This document shows, in pieces, positions 27,769-37,565 of a stretch of DNA of 64,000 nucleotides (within the stretch, counting starts at the first letter, position 1; every line of letters starts with the position of its first letter). Both the position numbers and the translations under genes were made by a program. This stretch comes from an uncultured Dehalococcoidia bacterium (lineage in GTDB: Bacteria > Chloroflexota > Dehalococcoidia > Lucifugimonadales > UBA3495), in assembly GCA_958296225.1 (NCBI GenBank), contig OY282456.1:3600768-3664767 (forward strand), given 5' to 3'. Under the pieces are notes generated by a model. The model searched no databases, had not been told where the DNA came from, and saw only the letters and a program-made list of their open reading frames with translations.

Positions 27769-27886
27769 CGAGCGGCCAATTTGCTGACGCCCGCCCGGTT
27801 GACACTTCCGCTCTGCTGTAAGAACATAGGTTCGTTGACGCCGGCGTACTGCCATCATCCCACGCCGGCCAGGAGCGACCAACCCT

Positions 27887-29266
27887 ATGCTCATCAAACG
27901 GACGCCCGACCGCTACGACAAGCTGCAAATCCTCGGTGGTATGCTTGCCTCCGACGACATCCTCACCGGGGGCAAAGTCAGCAGCGGCCCCCACCGCATG
28001 GCCTACTCCGACCCGCGCAAGAATCCTGCCCCCGGCATCTACAAGGCCAGCCTGCCCAACGGCAAGAAAATCAACCTGATGCGCGTGATGTTCACCGACT
28101 TCTGCAAGATGGACTGCGCCTACTGCCCCAACAGCATCTACGTGCCGCGCAAACGCTACGCCTTCAAGCGCGACGAGCTGGCCGACACCTTTATGGAACT
28201 GCACGGCCGCCTGGCCGTGGACGGCCTGTTTCTCAGCTCCGGCATTGCCGGCGACGGCTCCAAAACCACCCAGCGGCTGGTGGAAACCGTGGAAATCATC
28301 CGCAAAAAGCACGGCTTCAAGGGCTACATACATATGAAAGTGATGCCCGGCGCCAGCCGCGAGCTGGTGGAAAAGGCCCACCGCCTGGGCAGCCGCCTGT
28401 CGGTGAACATTGAGACGCCGGAGCCGGATATGATGCGGCGCATCAGCCCGCACAAGGACTTGCAACAAGACATCCTTGACCCCATGGCCTGGATTAACGA
28501 CCTGACGCGGGAAAGCAGCGGCGGCGCCGTGGGCCAGGCCACGCAGTTCGTAGTCGGCGCCGCCGACGAGTCCGACCGCCAGATTTACCGCCGCGTTGAC
28601 CAGATGTATACTGACTGGAACCTCAAGCGCGTCTATTACCCGCCCTTCCGTCCCGCCCGCCATACGCCGATGGAGGAAAAGCCGCCGGTGCCCGCCGGCC
28701 GGGAGCATCGCCTGTACCAGATGGACTGGCTGCGCCGGGTCTATCGGTTCGGCAGCGACGAAATTGACCTGGCCTTTGACCACGGCGGCTTTCTGTCGCT
28801 GGAGCAAGACCCCAAGACGGTCATCGCCATGGAGAACCTGGACGCTTTCCCCATTGACCTGAACACCGCCGGCAAAGACCGGCTGCTCCGCATCCCAGGC
28901 ATCGGCCCGGTGTCCGCCGGCCGCATCCTGGAAAACCGCCGGAATCACACCATTGACAACTGGCGCGACTTGCAGGCCATGGGCGTAGTTCGCAAGCGGG
29001 CCTGGCCCTACGTCGTATTCCCCGGCCAGCGCCCGCCGTCCGGCAAGCAGCTGCGGCTGGACCTGTTCGGCGAGGCGCAAGACCGGCGGGCGGCGGAGGC
29101 GGCCGCCGTCAGCCTGCCACCGCCCAAATCGCCGGCCCTGTCCGCCGTAATGGAGCGGCCGGCGGCGTATCAGGCCAGCGGGTCTTACACCAGCCACGAG
29201 TGCATCCCGGGCAGCCGAGGGGCGATGTGCGCCGGCTGCCCGGTGAACCCGGCGGCGGACGCATAG
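27887..29266 (+). CDS. radical SAM protein with C-terminal helix-hairpin-helix (putative DNA modification/repair radical SAM family, COG4277-like)
   Basis: CKMDCAYCPN (CX3CX2C) and LLRIPGIGPVSAGRILENRR (HhH). Confidence 0.75.
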   Translation: MLIKRTPDRYDKLQILGGMLASDDILTGGKVSSGPHRMAYSDPRKNPAPGIYKASLPNGKKINLMRVMFTDFCKMDCAYCPNSIYVPRKRYAFKRDELADTFMELHGRLAVDGLFLSSGIAGDGSKTTQRLVETVEIIRKKHGFKGYIHMKVMPGASRELVEKAHRLGSRLSVNIETPEPDMMRRISPHKDLQQDILDPMAWINDLTRESSGGAVGQATQFVVGAADESDRQIYRRVDQMYTDWNLKRVYYPPFRPARHTPMEEKPPVPAGREHRLYQMDWLRRVYRFGSDEIDLAFDHGGFLSLEQDPKTVIAMENLDAFPIDLNTAGKDRLLRIPGIGPVSAGRILENRRNHTIDNWRDLQAMGVVRKRAWPYVVFPGQRPPSGKQLRLDLFGEAQDRRAAEAAAVSLPPPKSPALSAVMERPAAYQASGSYTSHECIPGSRGAMCAGCPVNPAADA

Positions 29267-29516
29267 GGGGATATGGTTTCCGAGTTAAACGCCTTGACCA
29301 TGTGCGTCTTGAAAATTGCCCTAGCCTCCCTGATTACAACGTTCGACTGCCTTCCCTTGATGAGTCGATTCAAGCGAGTACTGAGCTCAGCGTCTTGAGG
29401 GGATTGTTGCTCGCACCATACGGCAAAGCAGCGGACACTGCCATAGCCAAGTTATAGACGTGCGAACGATAGGTAAGCATCGTGTTTCCTCCAGGTGTCT
29501 ATCAAATTGAAGACGG

Positions 29517-30317
29517 TTACTCCGCCTCCAAATCCTCCGACGGAATCTCGTACCAGTACAGCTGCTCCGATTCAATCAGCGGTCGCAAACCCCAGTCAAA
29601 CCGCACTCCGGCCACGGCCGCCAGCGCCGGCTGTCCGGTGAACCGGGTCATCAGCTCCGCGTTGCGCCGCGCGCGGCGGGAATCCCGGCCGTTCGCCGTG
29701 AACGACGCTTCCACTGCAATATAGCGCTGGCCGCCTTCCTCGTCGGCAACCTGCATCATCAGGTCGGCCCGGTGGAAGATCTGCAAGTCCCCGCGGGACA
29801 GGTCGGAAACATCCTGCCTCCGCGTCAACTCCATCAGGTCGGCCCGCGTCAGCCTTTGCTCCAGCTCAAAGCCCATCTCACGGGCAATCAGGTCGGCATC
29901 ATTGCGAACGATGTCGTAAATAATCCTGCCTTTTATCCAACCCAGGTCATCCTGCATCCGGTCTTGTCTGACTTCCAGCCGCGCCTGGCTTTCGGCCAGC
30001 TGCGCGTGGCTCCTGACCAGTTCTGCCTGGCTCTTGGCGAGCTCGGCCTGGCTTTCGGCGAGCTTGGCTTGGTTTTCCTCCATGCGCGCCAGGGTCTCGG
30101 CAAATCGCGTCTGGTTTTCCTCCAGCCGCGCCTGACCCTGTTCCAAAGCGTCTATCCGACGCGCCAACTCGGCGACCGCCCGCGCCAGTTCGGCAACGGT
30201 TTGAGGAAGCTCCAGCAGTTCCCGCGTCAGCAGGCGCGCCCGCAAGGCTTCAACCAACGGCGGGTTCGCATCGAGAATGCGCATCAGGTCATCTATATCG
30301 TTGATGGCAGTGGTCAT
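29517..30317 (-). CDS. coiled-coil protein with C-terminal PD-(D/E)xK-like module (DUF3782-like)
   Basis: The centre is degenerate repeats (ENQTRFAETLARMEENQAKLAESQAELAKSQAELVRSHAQLAESQARLE). The C-terminus has ADLMMQVADEEGGQRYIAVEASF...RARRNAELM. Confidence 0.6.
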   Translation of the reverse strand: MTTAINDIDDLMRILDANPPLVEALRARLLTRELLELPQTVAELARAVAELARRIDALEQGQARLEENQTRFAETLARMEENQAKLAESQAELAKSQAELVRSHAQLAESQARLEVRQDRMQDDLGWIKGRIIYDIVRNDADLIAREMGFELEQRLTRADLMELTRRQDVSDLSRGDLQIFHRADLMMQVADEEGGQRYIAVEASFTANGRDSRRARRNAELMTRFTGQPALAAVAGVRFDWGLRPLIESEQLYWYEIPSEDLEAE

Positions 30318-30441
30318 TGCGCTTAACCTCCGCTGCTATTGTAGCACCCTCTCCCCCGGCGCATCCGCCGTCCCCGGCAGCCCTGTGCTATCATTGCCCC
30401 GCAATCGCTCAATCCCATTGCCCCCGGAGGCCAATCACCCC

Positions 30442-31575
30442 GTGAAGAGTTACTACTTCTCCGAGTTTCCCTACCACGAATACCCCGACGCAGAGGGCGA
30501 GAAGTATCCCTCGCTGCGCCTCACCTTCCCCAACACCTGGTTCAACCCCAACACGGCCAACGGCCTGTTCAAGCGCTACTTTGACGAGTGCGTTTATGCC
30601 GACGAACTGGGCTTTGACGGCATTATGCTCAACGAGCACCACAACACGCCGTCGTGCATGAACGCGGCCACCAACCTGTCGGCGGCGGTGCTGGCCCGCA
30701 TCACCCACCAGGCCAAAATACTTTTGCTGGGCAACATCCTGCCCATCCACGACAACCCCATCCGCCTGGCCGAAGAACTGGCGATGATTGACGTCATCTC
30801 CGGCGGCCGGCTCATCTCCGGTTTCGTCCGCGGCACCGGCGTGGAAACCGTCTCCACCAATAACAACCCTACCGCTAACCGTGAGCGGTTCGAGGAATGC
30901 CACGACCTGGTTATCAAAACCTGGACCACGCCCGGCCCCTTCCGCTGGGAAGGCAAACATTACAATTTCCGCGTCGTCAATCCGTGGATGGTGCCCATCC
31001 AGCAGCCACACCCGCCCATCTGGGTGCCGGGCACATCATCCCCGGAAACCGCCGAGTGGTCAGGACGCCACGGCTATACTTACGTCGCCTTCCTTACCGA
31101 CCTAGACGTTACCGAAGAGCTGTTCGGGATGTACGCTCAGGCTGCCAACGCCGCCGGCCGGGAGGCGACGCCGGACAATTTCGGCTACCTGCTCTGCTGC
31201 TACGTGGGCGACACCCAGGAAGAGGCCGACGAGCAGGCTAAACATTTCATCTGGCGTATGGGGCCAACCCTGCGCGGCCCCCGCGAGTACATGGCCCCCG
31301 TCGGCTACCGTTCCGCCGCCGGCTCTGCCATCGCCGCCCGCCGCACCGGCCTCAAACCCCTCAATATGCAGACCTTTGAGGAGCTGAAAGAAAACTACCA
31401 CATCGTCTGCGGCACCCCGGACACCGTGCTGGAAAAGCTGGAATACCTGCACCGGCGCCTGGGCATGGAGCACCTGGTGTTCTACGGCCAGGAATCCCGC
31501 ATGGGCCACGAGGCTACGATGAAAAACATCGGGCTGTTCGGCAAAGAAGTGCTGCCGGTGATACAGCAGTGGTAG
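30442..31575 (+). CDS. LLM-class (luciferase-like) flavin-dependent oxidoreductase
   Basis: YADELGFDGIMLNEHHNTPSCMN and DVISGGRLISGFVRGTG. Start set at GTG 30442. The track's upstream 55 aa look non-coding. Confidence 0.8.
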   Translation: MKSYYFSEFPYHEYPDAEGEKYPSLRLTFPNTWFNPNTANGLFKRYFDECVYADELGFDGIMLNEHHNTPSCMNAATNLSAAVLARITHQAKILLLGNILPIHDNPIRLAEELAMIDVISGGRLISGFVRGTGVETVSTNNNPTANRERFEECHDLVIKTWTTPGPFRWEGKHYNFRVVNPWMVPIQQPHPPIWVPGTSSPETAEWSGRHGYTYVAFLTDLDVTEELFGMYAQAANAAGREATPDNFGYLLCCYVGDTQEEADEQAKHFIWRMGPTLRGPREYMAPVGYRSAAGSAIAARRTGLKPLNMQTFEELKENYHIVCGTPDTVLEKLEYLHRRLGMEHLVFYGQESRMGHEATMKNIGLFGKEVLPVIQQW

Positions 31576-31640
31576 TTGGCGATTTGGCGACACCCTGGGC
31601 ATTGTGAACCGCCGGGGCGCAGTGGTAGGATGGCTGGCAA

Positions 31641-32375
31641 ATGGCCGATGTCCAGCGCACATACACGTTCACCGCAAACCTTACCAAGGGCGGCCACCGC
31701 CGCTTGGATGAAGTGCTGGAAACTTGCCGCGAACTTTATAATGACTACCTGACGGCACGCAAAACTGCCTATAATGCCTTGGGCGCAACCTTGAACGGCA
31801 AAAGTCAATCCGCCCCGGTAAAGCAGAACCGGGCTGCCGGCGACGAGCCAATCATACCCCAGCCAGACGCCCGTATGGTGTATGTCAACACCGACCCGCC
31901 GCCCATTTACGGCGGTATGTCTATGACCGGGTTAGGTCCGGCGCAACGCAAACGCCGGGCCGCCGGCTACGGTTGCACCGTTGCAGAATTGGAACCGCCG
32001 AGCCTCCCCCATAGCATCCGCCGGGAGTTGAATCCCGGTGAGGTCAAGGAACTAGCCGCCGCTCGCCGGTCGCACAATTCCTATCGGCTATGGCGCGCCT
32101 TATGGCCCAGCGATGCAGAACAGGAAAGCCTGCGAGAACAGTATGCCTGGACACGCTGGCGCAACCGCAACGCCTGGCCGGCGCTGGACGACGCCCTGGA
32201 GAATATTGACGACAAGTCCTCACTGAGCAACCATCTGACCGCTATCAGGAAAATCGACCCTGATTTGGAAGGCATCAACCGCCGCCTGGAAGTCGCAACC
32301 GTCATAGAGCGCCTGGACAAGGCATTCAGCGCCTATTTTGACCGCATGAGGAGGGATTTATGGCTGGCCTGCTAA
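31641..32375 (+). pseudogene. N-terminal fragment of a TnpB (IS200/IS605 OrfB)-like protein; RuvC and Zn-finger parts absent
   Basis: QRTYTFTANL...LDEVLETCRELYNDYLTARKTAY and LTAIRKIDPDLEGINRRLEVATVIERLDKAFSAYFDRMRR match the TnpB N-terminal architecture. The ORF ends just where GYPRFK and the RuvC-I motif would follow. No TnpA nearby. Confidence 0.45.
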
Positions 32376-32542
32376 CAGCACTGAAGGTTGTAATGCCGAT
32401 TTTAACGTTTGCCACGCTCGTGGCCGCTGTTACTGGCGGTTCGTCGCCGCTAAGCCTGGCCGCAAGCGCGGTCATCCTGTTCGGCGGCTGGTTCCTGTTG
32501 GTGCGGGTGCAAATCCGCGCCAGCAGACGCCGCCAACAATAA
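32360..32542 (+). CDS. small two-TM membrane protein (60 aa)
   Basis: GGAGG (32350-32354) 5 nt before ATG 32360. Two clear hydrophobic helices and a basic tail RASRRRQQ. Confidence 0.4.
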   Translation: MAGLLTALKVVMPILTFATLVAAVTGGSSPLSLAASAVILFGGWFLLVRVQIRASRRRQQ

Positions 32543-32667
32543 CCGCTCTGGCAAGGCAGCACGGGAGAGGGTGGCCCCGTGCGTGGGTGGAGATTTCTCG
32601 GTGGAACATCCGCGCCGTCATCAGGATGATGATTGTCCGCTATTAGCAGTCCCCACATATACGCATT

Positions 32668-32692
32668 AGGGGCGGGTTTGAAACCCGCCCCT
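32668..32692. repeat. REP-like hairpin AGGGGCGGGTTTGAAACCCGCCCCT
   Basis: Perfect palindrome 26 nt 3' of the usp stop. Sister of the 7248-7280 copy. Confidence 0.7.
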
Positions 32693-32717
32693 GTGCCGTT
32701 GCGCCAATCGGCAGTGG

Positions 32718-33719
32718 CTACACGGCGGCCAGCGCTTTCTCCCGAACCTCGCCCACCAACTCCCCGGCCCGCGTTGGCCCGCGCACCAGCAGCGTCGGAA
32801 CCGGCGAATGGCGCACTACCCGGTCGGCCACGCTGCCCAGCAGCGCCCGCTCCACGCCGCGACGACCGTGGGTCGTCATCAACACCAGCGCGTTGTCCAG
32901 CCGGTCGGCCAGCCCAATCACCGCGTCCGCCGGATGCTCTAGCGAATGCACCACGTCCACATCAAAGGCCCCGAACTGCGCGCCCAGGCCCTCCGCTTTG
33001 CGCCGCAGATATTCCACGGCCAGCGCCGCCAGACTCGCGGACATTTCCGTTGGGCCGCCCAATTGGAACCCGGATTCGCCATTCAGCCGCGTCCACTCGG
33101 TATGCGCCCGGAAGTACTCCGAGTTCTGGGTGCTGCGGAGCAGAACCACGCGGGCGCCGAAGGCCGTCGCCAGCTCCGCCGCGTAGGGCAGCGCGTCCTC
33201 GGCAAAGGTTGAACCGTCCAGCGGCACGATGATGTGGTCGCAGGACTGCGGAACTACCGGGCAGTCCCGCTCGTTGCACCGCACGATGAGCGTCGGATTT
33301 TTCACCTCCCGGACCACTTTGGCGGTCACGCTGCCCATCACCATGCGGGACCAGCCCCCGCGCCCGTGGGTTGACATCACGATGAGCGCGTCGGGGTCGT
33401 GGTTCGCCAGGTTAACGATGACTGCGGCGGCGGGGCCTTCCTGCGCTGCGACGTGAACCGGCGTGGTAACGCCCATCCTTTCCAAGCGACGCCTTTCGCC
33501 CGTCAGAAAGGCGGTGATGCGGTCGTGCTCGGCGGCGGTCATGGAGCCGCGGTAACGCCCGCGCTCCCGGTCGGCCTGCCAGTCGGGGGCCGGCGCGAAA
33601 GCCCGCACCAGCGTCATCGCGGCGCCGGCAGCATGGGCCATCAAGCGGGCCGCCGGCAAAGCCTGGGCGGACACTTCCGACCCGTCGAGAGGGACGATGA
33701 TGTTCTTGCACAGTGTCAT
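32718..33719 (-). CDS. universal stress protein, tandem UspA domains
   Basis: NIIVPLDGS..., MSTHGRGGWSRMVMGSVTAKVV, a second HIIVPLDGS... and MTTHGRRGVERALLGSVADRVV. Confidence 0.85.
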   Translation of the reverse strand: MTLCKNIIVPLDGSEVSAQALPAARLMAHAAGAAMTLVRAFAPAPDWQADRERGRYRGSMTAAEHDRITAFLTGERRRLERMGVTTPVHVAAQEGPAAAVIVNLANHDPDALIVMSTHGRGGWSRMVMGSVTAKVVREVKNPTLIVRCNERDCPVVPQSCDHIIVPLDGSTFAEDALPYAAELATAFGARVVLLRSTQNSEYFRAHTEWTRLNGESGFQLGGPTEMSASLAALAVEYLRRKAEGLGAQFGAFDVDVVHSLEHPADAVIGLADRLDNALVLMTTHGRRGVERALLGSVADRVVRHSPVPTLLVRGPTRAGELVGEVREKALAAV

Positions 33720-33852
33720 AACGCCACCTCCTGGTGCGCTACAATTGCGTAGCGAAAGATTCCCTAGTTTGTGAAACCTGTCACATTTTATATTGGGATA
33801 TTCCTTATCTGTGATAACAATAGTATATCGCCTGGGCCGTAATTTGGCAATA

Positions 33853-33963
33853 GGCAGCGTTTCGTTTTAGGGGTCGCGGTTTCCGGGCTGCTTTCGAGAC
33901 GCGCCGGGGCAGGTTTGACCTGCCCCGGCGGGAATGGCAGCCGCCTGAAATGGAACTCTACCC
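33853..33963. mobile_element. degenerate MITE copy (111 bp) between the two usp genes
   Basis: GGCAGCGTTTCGTTTTAGG-GGTCGCGG and reverse complement GGTAGAGTTCCATTTCAGGCGGCTGCC. Internal hairpin GCCGGGGCAGG TTTGA CCTGCCCCGGC. Confidence 0.5.
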
Positions 33964-34024
33964 GCCAAACAAGCCGCCGCCGCGGGCGCCAGTCACTGAC
34001 TGGCCGGCTACCGGGGCTGGCGGG

Positions 34025-34957
34025 CTACCGGATTACCAGCACCGGCGTGTTGGAGTAGCGAATCACCCGGTCGGTTATGCTGCCCATCACCATACGGCCC
34101 ACCCCGCTGCGCCCGTGGGTGGTCATCACCACCAGCGACGGCTGCACGTTGGCTTGTTCGATAATGCTCTGAGCGATGTTGTCGTGAGCCACGTGCTCGG
34201 CGACTACGCCGTGAGCGTGGTCAATGGCCATGCGGTTGCTGACGTCAGCCAGGTACATAGCGGCGCTTTCAGCGTCCTCGGCCGTCAACTCCTCCGGGGA
34301 AGCGGGGTCGAAATTCGGAATGGCCCCCATCTCCAGAGTCGCGGCGGTAAGCTGCTGCCGGTAGTAACCCGGCGTCGGCGTAACCCGCAGCACCGTGATG
34401 CGAGCGGACAGCGCCGCCGCCACGCTGACGGCATGGGGCAGCGCCAATTCGGACAGCGCCGAGCCGTCCAGCGGAACCACTACCGACCGCAGCGATGCCT
34501 CCGGCGCGGCTGGCCCCGTTACCGTGGCGCGCACGATGAGCATAGGGTTGGGCATCGTGTGCAGCACCTTGTCGGTAACACTGCCCATAACCCACCGCGA
34601 GATTCCACCGCGACCGTGGGTACACATAACCACCAGCGCCGTGGGGTCGGCGCTGGCCTGGGCCACGATGGTATCCGCTGCCGCCCCCCGCTGCGTCGCC
34701 ACGCCCACGGCGTGCCCGGCCGCTTCCAGACGCTGGCGCACCGGGTCCAGCGATGCCAAAGCCCGCTCTTGCGCGCCCCGCTGTAGCTGCTCGACCGCCC
34801 GTTGGTGTCGCGGCCCCAGCAGGCCGGGCGATAGAATGTCGAACGCCTGCACCAGTTCAATGGGCGCCGACAGCGACCTGGCCACCAGCTGCGCATAAGG
34901 CAGAGCCTGTTCCGATAATTCCGACCCGTCCAGCGGTACGATTACTTTTGAGTACAT
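34025..34957 (-). CDS. universal stress protein, tandem UspA domains
   Basis: KVIVPLDGSELSEQALPYA, CTHGRGGISRWVMGSVTDKVL, a second VVVPLDGS and TTHGRSGVGRMVMGSITDRVI. Start chosen at MYSKVIVP. Confidence 0.85.
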   Translation of the reverse strand: MYSKVIVPLDGSELSEQALPYAQLVARSLSAPIELVQAFDILSPGLLGPRHQRAVEQLQRGAQERALASLDPVRQRLEAAGHAVGVATQRGAAADTIVAQASADPTALVVMCTHGRGGISRWVMGSVTDKVLHTMPNPMLIVRATVTGPAAPEASLRSVVVPLDGSALSELALPHAVSVAAALSARITVLRVTPTPGYYRQQLTAATLEMGAIPNFDPASPEELTAEDAESAAMYLADVSNRMAIDHAHGVVAEHVAHDNIAQSIIEQANVQPSLVVMTTHGRSGVGRMVMGSITDRVIRYSNTPVLVIR

Positions 34958-35041
34958 GGCGAATTGCATTCTCCCGGCTGAGGTAATCGCGGTTGCGGTT
35001 ATCAGGGACAGCATAGCCGTTCCCCAACAAACATTCTACCA

Positions 35042-35443
35042 TTAAGGCCGCAATGCCGCCGGCGTAACGTCGGTTTGCGCGAAATCATTGCCCTTGAACA
35101 GCAGGGGCAACCCCCGCGCCGACGCCAGGGCGTAGGCGAAAGTATCGCCGAAATTGAGCTAGGCGGGGTGATTACGGCCCCGTCCATACCGTCGATAAGC
35201 ATCAGCGGCAACCCACAGCTGCGCCTCATCCGGCGGAACCAGGCGGACAAAGGGGCGGCCCAGAAAATGGACTGCGGCCTGGGAAACGGCGTCTCCTTTT
35301 CCCATAGCGACTATCATAAGTTCAACCGCCGTAGCGGTGGACACCAGCACATCTCCATCGCTTCGCATCGCAAGGTGAAACGACGGCCCTTCGTCTTCAT
35401 CCATCAGGACCGCCATTATCGCTGAAGTGTCTGCCACCATCAT
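35042..35443 (-). pseudogene. vapC: VapC (PIN) toxin interrupted by an in-frame TAG
   Basis: MMVADTSAIMAVL...GRGRNHPA[TAG at 35159-35161]LNFGDTFAYALASARGLPLLFKGNDFAQTDV. The reading frame continues unbroken to TAA at 35042. Confidence 0.8.
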
Positions 35444-35739
35444 TTGGGCAGTCCGTTCTCATCGTACAGTTCTTCCTGCCAGACTTTGGAGGGCGGATTA
35501 TTTTCGTCATATTCGTCAGGATGCTCCTCACGCCAACGACGGCCGGCCGCGCTTAAGAGTCTATACTCTTCTGCTATTTCTGTAGAAGTCATCTTGCGGC
35601 GCGGCGGGGGCGCTTTGGCCTCCAGGTCGTCCAGCGCCATTTTGAGCACTTGCTCCGTAGCGTCCGGCCCATCCAAGCCCAACCGCCGGGCCAAAGCGGC
35701 GATGCGGGCGGCGGTTTTGGGTTTCAGTGTGGCAGCCAC
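35440..35739 (-). CDS. VapB-type antitoxin
   Basis: 99-aa ORF whose stop overlaps the vapC start (ATGA). N-terminal TAARIAALARRLGLDGPDATEQVLKMAL is typical of VapB/Rv0623-like antitoxins. Confidence 0.65.
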   Translation of the reverse strand: MAATLKPKTAARIAALARRLGLDGPDATEQVLKMALDDLEAKAPPPRRKMTSTEIAEEYRLLSAAGRRWREEHPDEYDENNPPSKVWQEELYDENGLPK

Positions 35740-35828
35740 ATTGTTCTCCTTGCGGCTATGGCGCGTCTTGAATAAACACGTCGGCGGGGTTGACGCCGCA
35801 GTGTTGCAGTAATGGCCACATCAACCGA

Positions 35829-37179
35829 CTAGCCAGCGTGCTTTCTGAGCGACGCCCTAAATCGCCGCAAGGCCCTTCGTCGCTGGCGTTTGATACGCGA
35901 TGAACCCATTAATTTGGCGGACTTTTCCATGTAGCTGATAAAGTTGCCGCTGAACTTCTGGCGTGCCTTCCGAGCTCTAGCCTTTTTGCCACGGGTCGGC
36001 AGCTCCGAGTACATATTATAAAGTGCTTGTTGGCGGAGCGGCGCTCCGGGTTCGCGGCGAATTTCGGCTGCGCCGATAGCTTTTTTCAGCTTCCGGTGAT
36101 AGCGATGGATAGATGACGGACGGATTACCACATCAGTTCCGTTGAACATAAAGCCAAGATATTGTAGCTGGCGGTGTTGAGATAGTTCAGCGCTGTGCAA
36201 AATTTGCGTTTTCGGCTCGCTACGATTCAGCGATAAATGCTGCAATTCCTCGTCCAGTCTGCTCAACGCCTCGTCCCCGTAGCCACACGGTATGACCGCC
36301 AGAACATCGTCGCAGTACCTCCAGTACCGCCCGCCAAGCCCGGTTATCCATTCGTACATAGCCAAGTCCAAGTCGGCCATATACATATTGGACAGCAGAG
36401 GGCTGAGCTGCGTACCCTGCGGGATGCCCACTCCCTGCGATAAGCCGGGGTTGGGCTTTACCAAGCCACGCGGAAGGACTTTCTCGCGAAACTGCTTCGG
36501 CGTACATAACCGTTGCGGTTGATTCTCGCGCTTGGATCTCCCGAACATTCTGATACCAAACAGGTTGTAGATTTTATGGCGTTCAACAACGCTATACTTG
36601 GTAACAGCGTTGTACACAGCATAATGGTCGTCTGGCAGGCGTTCATTGTCGATGAAATGTCCTCAAATTGATTTCAGTTGCTTATGATTGATATTGTCGA
36701 AAAATGACTCCACGTCAGTAGCAATGATTTGATAGCCGGGGTTAGCCTTTATGAAGTCAAACGCTTCTTTGGCCAAGGTTATGTTGTTCACGACATTACG
36801 CCGAAAGGCTGTCACTGCCGTGTCCAATCCATTAAATTGCAGCCAGTTTTCGTAAGGGGCTTCAAGGAGAGATTTGTAGTATGCGAAAATATAGCCGTCC
36901 TTGTGGGCAGGATAGGCAATAGGGCGTTCTTTCGGATCTTTTATGAAAGGCGCCGGGCTTACCGCAAAGGCTTTTTTGATGCGCGGAGTGATGAGTGAGT
37001 AAGTTAGCAAAGGGTAGAACGGATGGCGCGCCACACGCTCCGCATTTCCAACGATAGAATCGTTGTGCCGCACTCCAGATAATGGAGGTAGCGAATTGAT
37101 GATTGAACTCGCCGTTGCTGTGTCCGCTCTGCGGATGTGCTATAACGGCGAACTCTATCGCCTGTGCGATAGATGACAT
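35829..37179 (-). pseudogene. reverse transcriptase (Abi/defence-type or unclassified bacterial RT) with in-frame TGA and probable N-terminal frameshift
   Basis: RT motifs KERPIAYPAHKDGYIFAYY (1/2), IATDVESFFDNINH (A), GIPQGTQLSPLLSNMYM (B), YWRYCDDVL (C) and LQYLGFMF (E-like). TGA at 36663-36665 is in frame (KSI*GHFIDNE). The upstream N-terminal part sits in another frame (track ORF 36862..37347). Region is A/T-richer by eye. Confidence 0.8.
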
Positions 37180-37565
37180 CGTTGTAACAGAACCCATGTC
37201 GATAATGCAACCGGAGGCGGCTAGTCGAGAGAATTGCGAAACTAGCGATGCGCCGGAGTAACGACCGAATTCGTCAAAAGCGCGACGGAATACGTTACAG
37301 AATCTGGGTCGTTCCTGCAGGGGCCACGGCCCACCAGTACACTGCAACCGCCCGCCGGGCTGCTACCAGGTTACGCCCGGCACGTAGAACATTGCTCCGA
37401 ATTTGCCGGCGCCGCCAGAGTTAGATCTCAGCCGCTCAGGCACTCGCAGTGGCACCCCGCAGCACTGCGCCGGCAACTGGGCGAACGGTTTTCCTCGCGA
37501 GCCCGCCCGGCGCGCCGCCGGTGTCTCGTCAGCGACGCCCCGCCGGCGCCGGGCATTACGCCGTC

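Noticed and set aside
27752-29197. 481-aa minus-strand ORF
   Set aside because: Antisense to the radical SAM-HhH gene, which has the CX3CX2C cluster.
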